Positions 48,575 through 59,037 of a stretch of DNA of 64,000 nt are shown here, one piece after another. Each line of letters starts with the position of its first letter. Position 1 is the stretch's first letter. This DNA comes from a virus. The translations under genes and the position numbers were made by a program. The notes under the pieces were generated by a model. The model saw only the letters and a list, made by a program, of their open reading frames with translations. It searched no databases and had not been told where the DNA came from. The stretch is from positions 9,907-73,906 of IMG/VR virus record IMGVR_UViG_3300009103_000017. One strand, 5' to 3'.

Positions 48575-49402
48575 ATGTCAAGCATGAAGCTTATAATGGA
48601 AAATTGGAGAAAACTCATAAAAGAGACTCCAAAAATTAAAAAGAAAAAATTCAAAGACCCATATGGATTCAAAGACCCATATGGTAGATATGGACTTTTT
48701 TCACATGGAAACTTTGTCAAAAGAGTGAGACCAAAGAAAAAGATCACGTGTATAGTTATTCATGAATCCGGTAACCCACGCATAGGGGGCCTTTTGTCCA
48801 CGCTGAATAGCCGCGGCTATAGTGTAAACTGGGCCGTTACAAGCGGCAAAAAAGAAGAATTAATTCCTTCTTACTACCAAACTAAGCATGCCGCGGGCTA
48901 CAACAAGTCTTCAATTGGAATAGAAGTGAACCACGCCTATCACAAGGGTAAAGGCGGAGAGGCGCCGATTCCCGCCCCGTTCATAGCTAAGTACAATGTC
49001 TATGGAGTACCAACTGAAAGGACACTCGAAGCCACATACGAACTTTGCAAAGACTTGTGTAAAGAGTGGCAAATAGAATTCAAGATTGCAAATTTAGATG
49101 GTAATGAATTTGCAGTAGTCGGTCAAAAGAGGGCCCAAATCGGAATTATTGCCCACGGTGCAGTCGGGGTAAAATCTGATGGTCTTTTCCCATGCCTTTA
49201 TATGGTTCTAAGAGAAAAAGGCTATTCTCCGTCACAAGCTCGACAGCAAGCAACTTCTTTGATGACTGGTATCGACAAAAGGAAGACGGCAACAATTGTG
49301 TTACCCGAAGGCCCCGAAGGCGATCCGAAGCCAAAACCCACGCCCATTGTTCATGATCGACATCCAAAGCGGGCCGCCGTATCCGGCAAAAAACTGCAAT
49401 AA
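48575..49402 (+). CDS. N-acetylmuramoyl-L-alanine amidase (Amidase_2-like) with MKLIMENW leader
   Basis: IVIHES, HAAGYNKSSIGIEV, IIAH. Confidence 0.75.
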   Translation: MSSMKLIMENWRKLIKETPKIKKKKFKDPYGFKDPYGRYGLFSHGNFVKRVRPKKKITCIVIHESGNPRIGGLLSTLNSRGYSVNWAVTSGKKEELIPSYYQTKHAAGYNKSSIGIEVNHAYHKGKGGEAPIPAPFIAKYNVYGVPTERTLEATYELCKDLCKEWQIEFKIANLDGNEFAVVGQKRAQIGIIAHGAVGVKSDGLFPCLYMVLREKGYSPSQARQQATSLMTGIDKRKTATIVLPEGPEGDPKPKPTPIVHDRHPKRAAVSGKKLQ

Positions 49403-49449
49403 AATTACTTAAGTGAGTATTCTAAATCTAGTAGCACCTACTTAATAAT

Positions 49450-49902
49450 ATGAAGTTAATATTTTCTATTCTTGCCATTTTTATATTTGCTTGCGGTTCG
49501 GGCCCTCAACAGGTTGAAAAAAGAAACGCAGAACTTATAGTAACATATCAAGGCAAAGAGGTTCATAGGGCAGGCTCTAGATATAAAAGCTTTGATGAAT
49601 TAAAAGAAATCTCAGAAAGAGTTCAAAAAAAATACATAATTTTTAGTGCACGGTGGTGCAAGTCTTGTACATTCTTAAACAAGGCTTTAGAACAGAGTGG
49701 TCACGCCCCCTTAGTGTCCCAAATAGATGTAGAGGAATTATGGGTTCAGGGTTTAGCTAAGTTTTTTAAAATAACAGGTGTCCCAACTTTATTGGTGGTA
49801 GATGAAAAAGACCGAATTATTAAAAGGTCGGCCGGCCCATCGGAAATAGTAATGTACCTGCTTATAAATGTCAAAACGGAAGATGAGGGAATTATCCCGT
49901 GA
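49450..49902 (+). CDS. Thioredoxin-like lipoprotein
   Basis: Lipobox IFAC; FSARWCKSC; GVPTL. Confidence 0.8.
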   Translation: MKLIFSILAIFIFACGSGPQQVEKRNAELIVTYQGKEVHRAGSRYKSFDELKEISERVQKKYIIFSARWCKSCTFLNKALEQSGHAPLVSQIDVEELWVQGLAKFFKITGVPTLLVVDEKDRIIKRSAGPSEIVMYLLINVKTEDEGIIP

Positions 49903-50132
49903 AGTATAATGAAAAGAAAAGAAAAGCATATTTCTTACTAAAAGAAGAAGTTAACAATTGGATCCATAGTAATTTTGATGAGATGTCTGAAAAGGATGTT
50001 CGGGGCCTCCTAGATTTTATCCACAAACAGTGGTGGCATTTAAACGATTTAGTTATGGATATCAATGATAGAACTACTGAAATTATTAAGAAGTTCAATA
50101 TTGTAAGACCCTATGAGGATAAAAGGAGATAA
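49899..50132 (+). CDS. Hypothetical protein
   Basis: Coupled ORF. Confidence 0.5.
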   Translation: MKYNEKKRKAYFLLKEEVNNWIHSNFDEMSEKDVRGLLDFIHKQWWHLNDLVMDINDRTTEIIKKFNIVRPYEDKRR

Positions 50133-50133
50133 A

Positions 50134-50439
50134 ATGAAAATTAAAAATGATTACTTATTGAAACTTATAAAACAAGAGGTATCTGAAATTCTCAGCGAAC
50201 AAGCTGCAGGGCCTGGCCAGCTAGGTCAAACAATTTCTGATGAAAGAAGGGAAATAGAAGAGGATGCGGTAACGCGCGCAAAAAATGCTTTAACTGCAGG
50301 CGATATGATGGCCGCACTCGAAGCGGTTATAGAAGCTGTCAGAAAGTTGTCACCGGAATCCTCCGAAAGCGAAGACCCAAGTTACGGAAAACAACTTCCC
50401 CCTCCAGGACACCCAGCTTACGAAAGTGATCCTCCGTAA
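50134..50439 (+). CDS. Hypothetical protein with MKI...L.KLIKQE leader
   Basis: RBS AAGGAG; leader. Confidence 0.6.
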   Translation: MKIKNDYLLKLIKQEVSEILSEQAAGPGQLGQTISDERREIEEDAVTRAKNALTAGDMMAALEAVIEAVRKLSPESSESEDPSYGKQLPPPGHPAYESDPP

Positions 50440-50621
50440 TGTGTATAATTTGTATTGATCTGGATAATAAAAAACTTACCCCATGGGAAGCAGCAAGAAA
50501 TAGACTTGAAATGTTAGAGCAATTTGATGAGGAACACCTAGTTACTTTAAATGAGAAGATAGAGAGATCTTTATTAGAATATTTAAACAATTTGGATTCT
50601 GAAAATGAAAATAAATCTTAA
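50439..50621 (+). CDS. Small hypothetical protein (MCIIC)
   Basis: Coupled ORF. Confidence 0.55.
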   Translation: MCIICIDLDNKKLTPWEAARNRLEMLEQFDEEHLVTLNEKIERSLLEYLNNLDSENENKS

Positions 50622-50919
50622 AATAAATCAGGGGCCCCATCCTGGTCAAACCTGCGAAGAAGCACACCCGGGTGAACCGTGTAGTGATTGTGCACACATG
50701 AAAGAAAATTTAAATTTTGAAAATGCAGAAAATATTCAGGATCCCATTGGTGGAACAATAAGGCCAGATCAGCTGAGAGGTTTAATAGAGGACGATTTAA
50801 AACAATGCCTTTATTTTGTACAAAATGAACAATGGTCTTTCCAGTCTTTATTGAGAAACGTTGCTTTAAGAGTTAAAGTTTATTCAGAGTTTCATAATAG
50901 GAGTGATATGGAGGGCTGA
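50605..50919 (+). CDS. Hypothetical protein (HPGQTCEEAH)
   Basis: ORF. Confidence 0.55.
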   Translation: MKINLKINQGPHPGQTCEEAHPGEPCSDCAHMKENLNFENAENIQDPIGGTIRPDQLRGLIEDDLKQCLYFVQNEQWSFQSLLRNVALRVKVYSEFHNRSDMEG

Positions 50920-50921
50920 CT

Positions 50922-51173
50922 GTGATACAACGTTTTGCGGCAATTGTGATTATTATTATATTTTTTGCCATGCAAGCTTTCGGCCAGCCAAATATATCAA
51001 AGAAAGTAAAATTTTATAATTTTGATGACCTATTAATAGACGGCAAAGTTAAAAAGCCGCAAATTCTCTGGACTGATGCTAGGCAAAAAGTTAAGTTTGA
51101 GCGTTTAATGAAGCTAAGAAAAGATTTTACACCCAAGTTGCGGGCAACAAAAAAAGATCCTACTTTAAGATAA
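50922..51173 (+). CDS. Secreted protein resembling myxobacterial CglF/GltF gliding protein
   Basis: Signal peptide plus F.D..I.G...KP......R....F..L...R..F...L; recognised from memory. Confidence 0.55.
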   Translation: MIQRFAAIVIIIIFFAMQAFGQPNISKKVKFYNFDDLLIDGKVKKPQILWTDARQKVKFERLMKLRKDFTPKLRATKKDPTLR

Positions 51174-51214
51174 AAAACTACTTATATATGATATTGTATA
51201 ATAGGGTCACTTAA

Positions 51215-54200
51215 TTGCAAACAGAAACCACAAATAAAGAAACAACACTTCAAGAAATCGGGCCCGCCGAGCGGCCCGCGCCCGGGACCATAAAGCCAGC
51301 TGCTGTTCGGACGTGGGCCCATATAAAAAAGTTTTTTAAGTTCATTGGCATGGCCACCAAAGAAACATTTGGCGCTGATGGCAGTTTAGCTAAGGTACAG
51401 GATAGATGGGGCAAGGGCCAGTTTAATGAAAGTGGAATCTATAATTATATTATAGAAAATTATGGTGCCAGTAGTGGATATAAATATTGTGATGATAAGA
51501 CGGAGGTGTGCAAACCAACTGAAGCCTTTGATAAAGCGGAATCTATTTTCTTAAAATTAACTGGTCCAGTTAATTTTAATTTTAAAAGGGCTATAGTCCT
51601 TGATCCCAAAATGAAAAAACCGCTTAGAACTCAGTATTCAGCAAGACTTGAAATATTTCAAGATATTGCGAGAATAAGGGATACGCTGCATGCAAAAGTG
51701 CAGGCAGCAATCATGAAAGAAATAGCCCTTTTGCTCAAAAAAGCAATTGAGACGCCGAGAGCAAGAGAGGTACGAATAAGATTCCCCACTATAAATTTAA
51801 AGAATACAGAAGACAGAAAGTCTAATAAATTTCGTCTTCCGGCGATAGAAACTGAAGATCAGGATTGCCCAGACTGTCACGAACAGCCTTCTCAAAAAAA
51901 CAAACCCAAAGATTATAATCAAATGGGGGCCCTTGAGAGTATTTTTTTTGGACCTAATGTGACATCAAATATTAAATCCCGCATAATAAAAAATATTCAA
52001 AATGAAGTTTTCTTTTCTTTGGGAAACAAAATCAAATCCCTTAGAATTTTAGAAAAAGATGAAATCAAAGAAGGACTGATGTATGTTAAGTGGGACAATA
52101 ATAAAATTCTCTCTAAGGAAGAAAAGGGTGCTTTAAGGTGGTGGGCGATCGAAAGGAAAGTACACTCCTATATTGATAATAGCTTGAAGAAGGTTTACGA
52201 AATAATTTCTCAAGGAGCAAGAGAAGGGGGGGTCTCCAACAAGCACATTAGTGCATCTGGCATGTCAAAACAGCAAATAACCGCTCAAAGAATTTTTGAA
52301 AGAATGACTCTCGGAGGAAAACCATATGAACTGCAGAGTTTCAACAAAGAGGGAGATGTATTTCAGCTTGAATATTATTGGAATTTTATAAAACTACAAA
52401 CTAAACCTTCTCTTGCCGGCTGGGTTCCGAAAAGAGATCGTATAAAGAAGTTAGCAAGAGCTCAAGCTCGAATTATGAAAGCACTCAACATAGCGGAAGA
52501 CGCCTCATCGAATATGATTGGAATCCTCAACAACCTTTATATGTTAGTGTTTCTTTTCACTGGGAGTGTCGTTTGGCTGCAGGGTCCTAGGGTCGGCGCG
52601 ACTTATCATGTTGGAAGACATGCAATCCGCGGCGCTGGGCGCCCAGGCTTTCAAATGCTTGTAAAACCAACAAGCAGGTTTGATGTCGCGATGTCTCCAA
52701 TGTCATGGCTTTTCGGCCCTCGCGCGACACTCATCAAATTAAATGATAGCTGGAAGGCCATTATGTTAGCTGATTTTGTATTCGGCGGCGCGGCTTATAG
52801 TTTTTGGACGGATTTTGATAAAGTTCTTCCTAACTTTGAATTTTTAGTCCGTAGTTTTGAGAAAAATGCAAGAAATTTTTATCAAAGTTGCAATAAAGAT
52901 AAATGCGATGAAAATCTTAAAAATTTATTAAGATCTGATCATAGAAAAATTTTACAAACACAAAAAAGATTGCTAGAGATTGTTATAGCAGAAAAATTAT
53001 CTGATATTGATTTCAAGCCTTTGCCTTCTGGGACCGGATTGGGTAGTGTGGACTCAATCGATGAGCTTGTACGCCTCCGCGGCCCAGATGAAATTATAGG
53101 AAAATTGAAAGAAACACTAACATTGTGGAGAAAGCTACGAAAAATGGGCGCTGATCAATTAAAGCTTCCTAAATCAAAATACCGCGGTGGCGTTCATGAT
53201 AGTAAATTTGAAAAACCAATGAAAGAAAGCAATTGCCCCAAATATATTGGAAATCTCGATGACATACCTGCGGAAATTAAAGTCGATTTAAAAAAAACTG
53301 GCCATTGCCCACACGAATATCGTAAAACTCTGGCTAATGCAGGTGAAAATTACATTTCCTCTTTGTATGGAAAAGGCACTCTAGAAATATACCCTAATCA
53401 GCCCGGGCGCTGGGGTACTATAATGAACTCTTTTAGACTGACGTCAGCAGATGACCGCTCGGTGACTTCCTATAAATCTGGAGATTTGAGATTCATGTTT
53501 ATTAATTTTGATTTTATAGCTAAGTCATTCACCCAACATTATTTACTCGATGAACGATGGCATATTCTAGTATTAAATGAAAAAAACGGCAGATTTTTGA
53601 TGATAGCAGGTGAGGAGGGCGACGCCGTTGTTATTCCTAAGCGAACTCAAGAGATGTTAGAGGCGGCCATGAAATTGCCCGACGCGGCTTTCGACAAAAT
53701 AAAGAATACTCTAGATAGATCTGAACATGTAAACAGGTCCATTTTAGGGGCCATCGGTAGCCGGCTAAAGAAGTTTAGAGATGACATCGGTAAATTATCG
53801 GCATTGTCACCGACTAGTCGCTCGATTATAGAAGCAGTGAATTGGTCTGATCAACAGTTTAAGTTGAATGCAAATGCCATTGTAGCTTTAAATTATTTGA
53901 GAAGAAACAAGGGAAATGAGGAAAATTTTAGAAGCGTATCTTATTTACATGATTTTAGCTGGAAGATGGGTCGCGAATGGGGTATTTATCGCCCAGGTAG
54001 ACCCGGAGGGCCCGGAGCCGGCGGCAGTACGCAAGGAACAGGGGGGCGCGCCTCCACTGGCAGCAATATAACCGGGATGGATCTGATCCAGAAGGTCATT
54101 GCCGCGGCAAAGGCGGTAGTCAAAAAGAAGCCAACAGCGAAGCCAACAGCGAAGCCAACAGCGAAGTCAACGAAACCAACAGACAAAGGCAATAGCAAAG

Positions 54201-54265
54201 GCAAAGGCACGAAGGTGCACCTCGGCAAAGGGCAAAATAAGTTTAAGAATAAGAATAAGAAATGA
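51215..54265 (+). CDS. Large hypothetical protein with basic low-complexity C-terminus
   Basis: 1016 aa ORF; KPTA tandem repeat at 54127-54166. Confidence 0.75.
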   Translation: MQTETTNKETTLQEIGPAERPAPGTIKPAAVRTWAHIKKFFKFIGMATKETFGADGSLAKVQDRWGKGQFNESGIYNYIIENYGASSGYKYCDDKTEVCKPTEAFDKAESIFLKLTGPVNFNFKRAIVLDPKMKKPLRTQYSARLEIFQDIARIRDTLHAKVQAAIMKEIALLLKKAIETPRAREVRIRFPTINLKNTEDRKSNKFRLPAIETEDQDCPDCHEQPSQKNKPKDYNQMGALESIFFGPNVTSNIKSRIIKNIQNEVFFSLGNKIKSLRILEKDEIKEGLMYVKWDNNKILSKEEKGALRWWAIERKVHSYIDNSLKKVYEIISQGAREGGVSNKHISASGMSKQQITAQRIFERMTLGGKPYELQSFNKEGDVFQLEYYWNFIKLQTKPSLAGWVPKRDRIKKLARAQARIMKALNIAEDASSNMIGILNNLYMLVFLFTGSVVWLQGPRVGATYHVGRHAIRGAGRPGFQMLVKPTSRFDVAMSPMSWLFGPRATLIKLNDSWKAIMLADFVFGGAAYSFWTDFDKVLPNFEFLVRSFEKNARNFYQSCNKDKCDENLKNLLRSDHRKILQTQKRLLEIVIAEKLSDIDFKPLPSGTGLGSVDSIDELVRLRGPDEIIGKLKETLTLWRKLRKMGADQLKLPKSKYRGGVHDSKFEKPMKESNCPKYIGNLDDIPAEIKVDLKKTGHCPHEYRKTLANAGENYISSLYGKGTLEIYPNQPGRWGTIMNSFRLTSADDRSVTSYKSGDLRFMFINFDFIAKSFTQHYLLDERWHILVLNEKNGRFLMIAGEEGDAVVIPKRTQEMLEAAMKLPDAAFDKIKNTLDRSEHVNRSILGAIGSRLKKFRDDIGKLSALSPTSRSIIEAVNWSDQQFKLNANAIVALNYLRRNKGNEENFRSVSYLHDFSWKMGREWGIYRPGRPGGPGAGGSTQGTGGRASTGSNITGMDLIQKVIAAAKAVVKKKPTAKPTAKPTAKSTKPTDKGNSKGKGTKVHLGKGQNKFKNKNKK

Positions 54266-54308
54266 AAAAAGTACTAGTAATAATTAAAATAGGAGATTTT
54301 AGTTTACG

Positions 54309-57300
54309 ATGAAAAATATCAAGGAAAATACAGAGAAGAATTCTAGATTATGTCCCATTAATCGAGAAAGGGAAATTTATACAAGCGCGGTCGCAAACAA
54401 GCGCGTCAAAAGCTTGCTGAAATCTTTGATAGGGTCCGAACCACAATTTGCTGTACTTGAAGCCATGAAGGGAGAAGCGTCCGCATGCGAATTGCGCCCG
54501 ATAGGTGCACCAGAGAATGTTGCGGCCATTTTCAAAAGTGCCCAGTATCTTGTCGCAATGCCAAGTAATAGACCTCTCAGTGCGCTACAGCGGGACGGCC
54601 TCGACAATAAGCAAGGAAAAGATTGGGTTTATGTATCAGATATAATGGTGTTGAGTTCGGCCTTGATTAGTTTGGTAAGCAAGGGTGCACCCGTATATTC
54701 CGGTAACCTGCAACAGAATCCAAGTTATAAAGGGCCCAAACGCGCCCAGATAAAAAAGGAAATTAAAAGGTTTGCGTTGCCAAAGATGCTGCAGCCTTTA
54801 TTTGACTCTTTAGTTCAAAGTGCTGGCCAGGGCGTGTTTGAAGAGTGGTTCTACACCAAAGAGGAATTTAAGAATTCTTCTGAGGGCAAAGGGGAATTCC
54901 CCGAAATGCCATATAACTGGGAAAATATGGACCAGAGTCGGTTTATAAAACTACAAGGTAAAGAATATGTCTTACCACATCCAGCCTTGTTTATAGAGAC
55001 GGGGCCCCGGGCGTACAAATGGGCAAAGAATAAGGAAGCGGCAGTGTCGATGATTTCTCTTTATCATATAGGAAAACTGTTAGCAGCAACCGATGCGCCG
55101 TCGTCAGAAAAACGCGCAGCTGCAGAGAAAAAATGGGAAAAAGAGCGCGCAAAAAAAGTAGAATCACTCATAACTGATCTTCCAGATAGTGTCAAGATGG
55201 TTATACCGGGCATGTTTCTAGATGGTTTGAACGGTACGGACTATTCTAAAGAAAGTAAAGATGGGTGTGTGGATGAATATTGGAGTAAAATTAAAGGATA
55301 TGAAAACTTACCAACTATGCTGCAGGCGCTAATGACAGCTCGTTTTGGCCTGCTTTCTGGAGTCGCAGGAAAGACGGTTCTGGATCTGGGTCAGGGTGCT
55401 CTCAGACAGGCGCGCCTGGCGGCCGCGAGAAAAAGTAGTATAACCAAAACCGGTTATTTAAAGACTGGAGCTAAAGTTATCGGCCTTGGTGCTGCAGTAT
55501 ATTTTTTATATGAAACCGCAAAAGATTATGCAGAGTATACCGCAAAAGACACGCTGCTTAAATCGGGTGCAACGGGAAAACCCTCTGAAGCTATCGATAC
55601 AGGAATCGTGACGGGGGCATTGAACATGGTCGCGACCGGTCTTAAGGCGCAGGCCAATGATCGGTGCTTTTGGATGTTTTTTACACTTGGTGCCGTACTT
55701 CTTAGTCCAAAATTATATACTCGCGGCTTCCCTTTGGCAGCACGCATGGCCTATCAAGGCGGCAAATTTGTGCTTAAAGATGTATTATATGGTGGCTATA
55801 TTGCGGCTAGAACATATATGTCCAAGGCTTCGCAATTACGAGAATCTGTTGATTTCTTAAACCAAGCAAAAAGTTATGCATTACTAGAAGTGATAACAAT
55901 CCTCAGTCCCGCTATGACAAAGTTCACAAAAGGAGCCGATTCACTAGCTGGTATTTTTACGGTAGTTTCTCGGCCGGGCGGCGGCTATGAGCTTGTTTTC
56001 ACAGCAGAAGCATTGGATAAGATTCAAAACGTTGGATTTGGATTTTCAGGTTGGATGGTCACGAAACTTCTTGATCCGGCGATAGATTGGACGCCAGCAC
56101 TAGGTAGGGCTATGTTTTTGGAAACAAAGGCAGAATTTGAACTCTTAAGGGTGCTGTTAAAAAATGCCAAGGATAATGGCCGACTTCACAAGGTCACAAA
56201 TAGTAGCGGCGGTCACGATTATTTGTTGGGTCTCGATGCAACAAATGCTATAAATAGACTTAAAGAATGGGGCGAGGTCCTTGAAACAAGTGGCCGCAAG
56301 TTGGCTGCTCATGACCACAAGCTCGAAGAAGCTCAAGACTTATTGACTATGGTGCTAAAATCAAAAAACGCAAGCAATCTGTTGAATGACAGTGCCACGT
56401 TTAGACAGCTCATGAATTTTGCTAATGCTAAAAGGTTGTTGCAGGTATTTGAACATCTTCATGTAGTCCTCGACGCGTTGGCTGCAAGAAATCAGAAAAT
56501 TATGGTGCACCTCGCCGAACTTTCCATATTGTTGAAGCGAGTTGAAACAACAAGCGGTGGTACACTTTACTGGAATCGCATTGGGGCGTTCCACACAAAC
56601 TTGCAAAATTTATTAGTCGCTCACATGGGAGAGGGGATGACAATAGAGAGGATCTTGGAAAAAGCTAAATCGCCAACGGAGCTGGGTCGCCTCGTCAACG
56701 CGTTGAACCCAAAAGACTTAAAAAAACTAATAGAAGAATTAAATGTGCTAGTCGACACGGCGCCGAAAATTGAGGGAATGTCTGATGATGTTAGAATCGC
56801 GTATGAAGCATTGAGGGATTTGAGAGATAAAGTCAACGACTCAAGTAAAGTATATCAAAAATATATAGTTGCATCCGAAGAAACAGCGCATGCTTTGTCT
56901 CTTCTCTTGAAAGCAGAAGCAACCACTATCGACAATACTGTTACGGGTGCCAAAGCAATTGAGCGAGGTTTAAATTCCAAACAAGATATATTAAATCTTC
57001 ATAAGGCAGTCGGCGGACAGCCGATGTCACCGGCGACTGGTATACACGCCATGATACGTGGTTTGGTAACATGGCCGAATGAATTGTTAAAAATGCTAGC
57101 TAGGGCAAGTCCAGAAATACAATATTGGGGCTCTAAATTCTTAGGGGCTACTCCAGTTGGGCTGTCGGGCTGGTACGGATGGAGCAAATACAATCAAGAA
57201 AAATTTAAACCTGCTCTTGAACAGCTTCAAGGTTGGGCCAGTACGGATAAAGCCAAGGCAGATGTCACGGAAAATTTAAAAGGAATTTATGAATCTTTTC

Positions 57301-58043
57301 GTGGAAGTCCAGATGATTTTCCATCGGATCGCTTTGCTGAACTGACACGCATGTTTAATGGATACAAGGGAACTCTAACCAAAGATAATCAAGCTATAAA
57401 GGAAAGGAATCTCTTCGTGAAACATATGAAAGTGTATATTCTGGATGTTATTGAGAAAAAAATAGAAGCTGTGCACGAAGAAGACAAAAATAATAAAGTA
57501 AATTTACTTGTTAAAACAGGAACAGAATTCTTTATTGGCGGGTTGAGTGAAACCAATATAGGCGAGAGGGAGCGAATGAGGAGTCATTTCTTGACTAATT
57601 TAGAAAAAGTTGTCAGAGGCAATCAAATAAAAGATTTCGCAGATTTTTTCACGAAATTTCTTTTCCTTTATCACAGGCAGATGATATTTACTGTGTTAGA
57701 GAATTCTTCCAACAAGGTGAATGAAGTGAATAGAAAAGAATTAAAAAAGCTAGTAAAAGAGGTGCTGAATGAGAATTCGGGATTAGGATATTCTCCTATG
57801 CAATATTATGATAACGGAGATGAGCAGCTGGAAACCGATGAGGATATATCTTCTGAATTTCGCTCCTTTTTGCAACATTACGATCGCGATCAGACAAACA
57901 AATCAGCTATTTCTTTGGCAAAAGGCCTCTGTTCAACAGACAAGGGGCTGAATTCCTTCAGAGAGATGCTTGAATTAATACAACAGCTTCCAGAATTACA
58001 AAGAGAAATTGTTTTAATACTGAGAAATAACAAACCTACATGA
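54309..58043 (+). CDS. Large hypothetical helical protein, possibly virion-internal
   Basis: 1244 aa ORF; Gly/Ala hydrophobic helices; internal LKKLVKEVLNE motif. Confidence 0.75.
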   Translation: MKNIKENTEKNSRLCPINREREIYTSAVANKRVKSLLKSLIGSEPQFAVLEAMKGEASACELRPIGAPENVAAIFKSAQYLVAMPSNRPLSALQRDGLDNKQGKDWVYVSDIMVLSSALISLVSKGAPVYSGNLQQNPSYKGPKRAQIKKEIKRFALPKMLQPLFDSLVQSAGQGVFEEWFYTKEEFKNSSEGKGEFPEMPYNWENMDQSRFIKLQGKEYVLPHPALFIETGPRAYKWAKNKEAAVSMISLYHIGKLLAATDAPSSEKRAAAEKKWEKERAKKVESLITDLPDSVKMVIPGMFLDGLNGTDYSKESKDGCVDEYWSKIKGYENLPTMLQALMTARFGLLSGVAGKTVLDLGQGALRQARLAAARKSSITKTGYLKTGAKVIGLGAAVYFLYETAKDYAEYTAKDTLLKSGATGKPSEAIDTGIVTGALNMVATGLKAQANDRCFWMFFTLGAVLLSPKLYTRGFPLAARMAYQGGKFVLKDVLYGGYIAARTYMSKASQLRESVDFLNQAKSYALLEVITILSPAMTKFTKGADSLAGIFTVVSRPGGGYELVFTAEALDKIQNVGFGFSGWMVTKLLDPAIDWTPALGRAMFLETKAEFELLRVLLKNAKDNGRLHKVTNSSGGHDYLLGLDATNAINRLKEWGEVLETSGRKLAAHDHKLEEAQDLLTMVLKSKNASNLLNDSATFRQLMNFANAKRLLQVFEHLHVVLDALAARNQKIMVHLAELSILLKRVETTSGGTLYWNRIGAFHTNLQNLLVAHMGEGMTIERILEKAKSPTELGRLVNALNPKDLKKLIEELNVLVDTAPKIEGMSDDVRIAYEALRDLRDKVNDSSKVYQKYIVASEETAHALSLLLKAEATTIDNTVTGAKAIERGLNSKQDILNLHKAVGGQPMSPATGIHAMIRGLVTWPNELLKMLARASPEIQYWGSKFLGATPVGLSGWYGWSKYNQEKFKPALEQLQGWASTDKAKADVTENLKGIYESFRGSPDDFPSDRFAELTRMFNGYKGTLTKDNQAIKERNLFVKHMKVYILDVIEKKIEAVHEEDKNNKVNLLVKTGTEFFIGGLSETNIGERERMRSHFLTNLEKVVRGNQIKDFADFFTKFLFLYHRQMIFTVLENSSNKVNEVNRKELKKLVKEVLNENSGLGYSPMQYYDNGDEQLETDEDISSEFRSFLQHYDRDQTNKSAISLAKGLCSTDKGLNSFREMLELIQQLPELQREIVLILRNNKPT

Positions 58044-58057
58044 TATAATGGGGTTGT

Positions 58058-58543
58058 ATGAACCACTCAACATCCTTATTGTGGCAATCCGGTTCCGGTG
58101 ATAAAATTTCTTTTACGAAATTAATAAAAATTATTCAAAAGTATTCAAGCTCAAACTCAAAAGTATTTGTTGGAACAGATTCTTTTGTGTCCAAGCAAAA
58201 TGTCATATTTGCTTCTGCGATTTGTCTTCACGGGGGAGAAAACCCTAGTAGATATTTCTTTTTCAGAGAAAAAAAGAAGGCTCGAAACTTTAAAAATCTA
58301 GGATATAGGATCATCGAAGAGGCGCGCCGCTCGGTAGAAATAGCAGAAATTCTTATAAACAAACACAATATAAACATCGATGATATCGAATTGCACCTTG
58401 ATGTGTCACCGTTTCACCTAAACAATGAAACTTCTAAATTTTCCAGCATGCTAAAAGGATATGTTGCAGGATACGGCATTGAATGTAAATTAAAACCCGA
58501 CGCGTGGGCATCACAGACAGTTGCAGATAGGCACTCAAAATGA
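58058..58543 (+). CDS. RNase H-like YkuK (DUF458) family
   Basis: VFVGTDS, ELHLDV, KPDAWAS..AD. Confidence 0.82.
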   Translation: MNHSTSLLWQSGSGDKISFTKLIKIIQKYSSSNSKVFVGTDSFVSKQNVIFASAICLHGGENPSRYFFFREKKKARNFKNLGYRIIEEARRSVEIAEILINKHNINIDDIELHLDVSPFHLNNETSKFSSMLKGYVAGYGIECKLKPDAWASQTVADRHSK

Positions 58544-58854
58544 ATGAAATAAAAAAAATACTTCACAAATGTTACACGGTATCGCTTAAAGATATGATTG
58601 ATATATGGGTTGAATCTTTCCACCACGAGGATCATCTTTTAATTATATGGGATGCATTAACCCATTTTGATTTATTGGAAAAAAAGGGTTTAAATTTAAA
58701 TAAAGTTGTTCTGTATGATAACAAGGTGCTTATAATCAAACTAAATTCTTGTGAAAACGCCATGAAATTATTAGAATCCTTCCCCATCGACGAGGGTCCC
58801 TTTGTACAAGTATATTCAATGGGCAAATTTATAACCGACAATATCGATAATTAG
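58540..58854 (+). CDS. Hypothetical protein
   Basis: Coupled ORF. Confidence 0.55.
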   Translation: MNEIKKILHKCYTVSLKDMIDIWVESFHHEDHLLIIWDALTHFDLLEKKGLNLNKVVLYDNKVLIIKLNSCENAMKLLESFPIDEGPFVQVYSMGKFITDNIDN

Positions 58855-58868
58855 AATCTATTTACTGT

Positions 58869-59036
58869 ATGAAGTGGATTATCGACTTATTAAACCTTAA
58901 AATACTTAAGAAAAATACAAAAAGACCAGAGTGGAAGCCCGAACCTTTACACATAGAAATTCCTCTTCCAGAAGAGGAAGACGATGAGGAAGACGAAGAA
59001 AAAGAGGGTGGCAAGGTTATAATTATAGATATTTAA
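58869..59036 (+). CDS. Small acidic protein ending GKVIIIDI
   Basis: 55 aa ORF after a CTATTTA motif. Confidence 0.55.
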   Translation: MKWIIDLLNLKILKKNTKRPEWKPEPLHIEIPLPEEEDDEEDEEKEGGKVIIIDI

Positions 59037-59037
59037 T

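Noticed and set aside
48649-54166. Short tandem repeats (18 bp x2 at 48649, 12 bp x3 at 54127)
   Set aside because: In-frame slippage repeats in low-complexity protein linkers, with no sign of a separate function.
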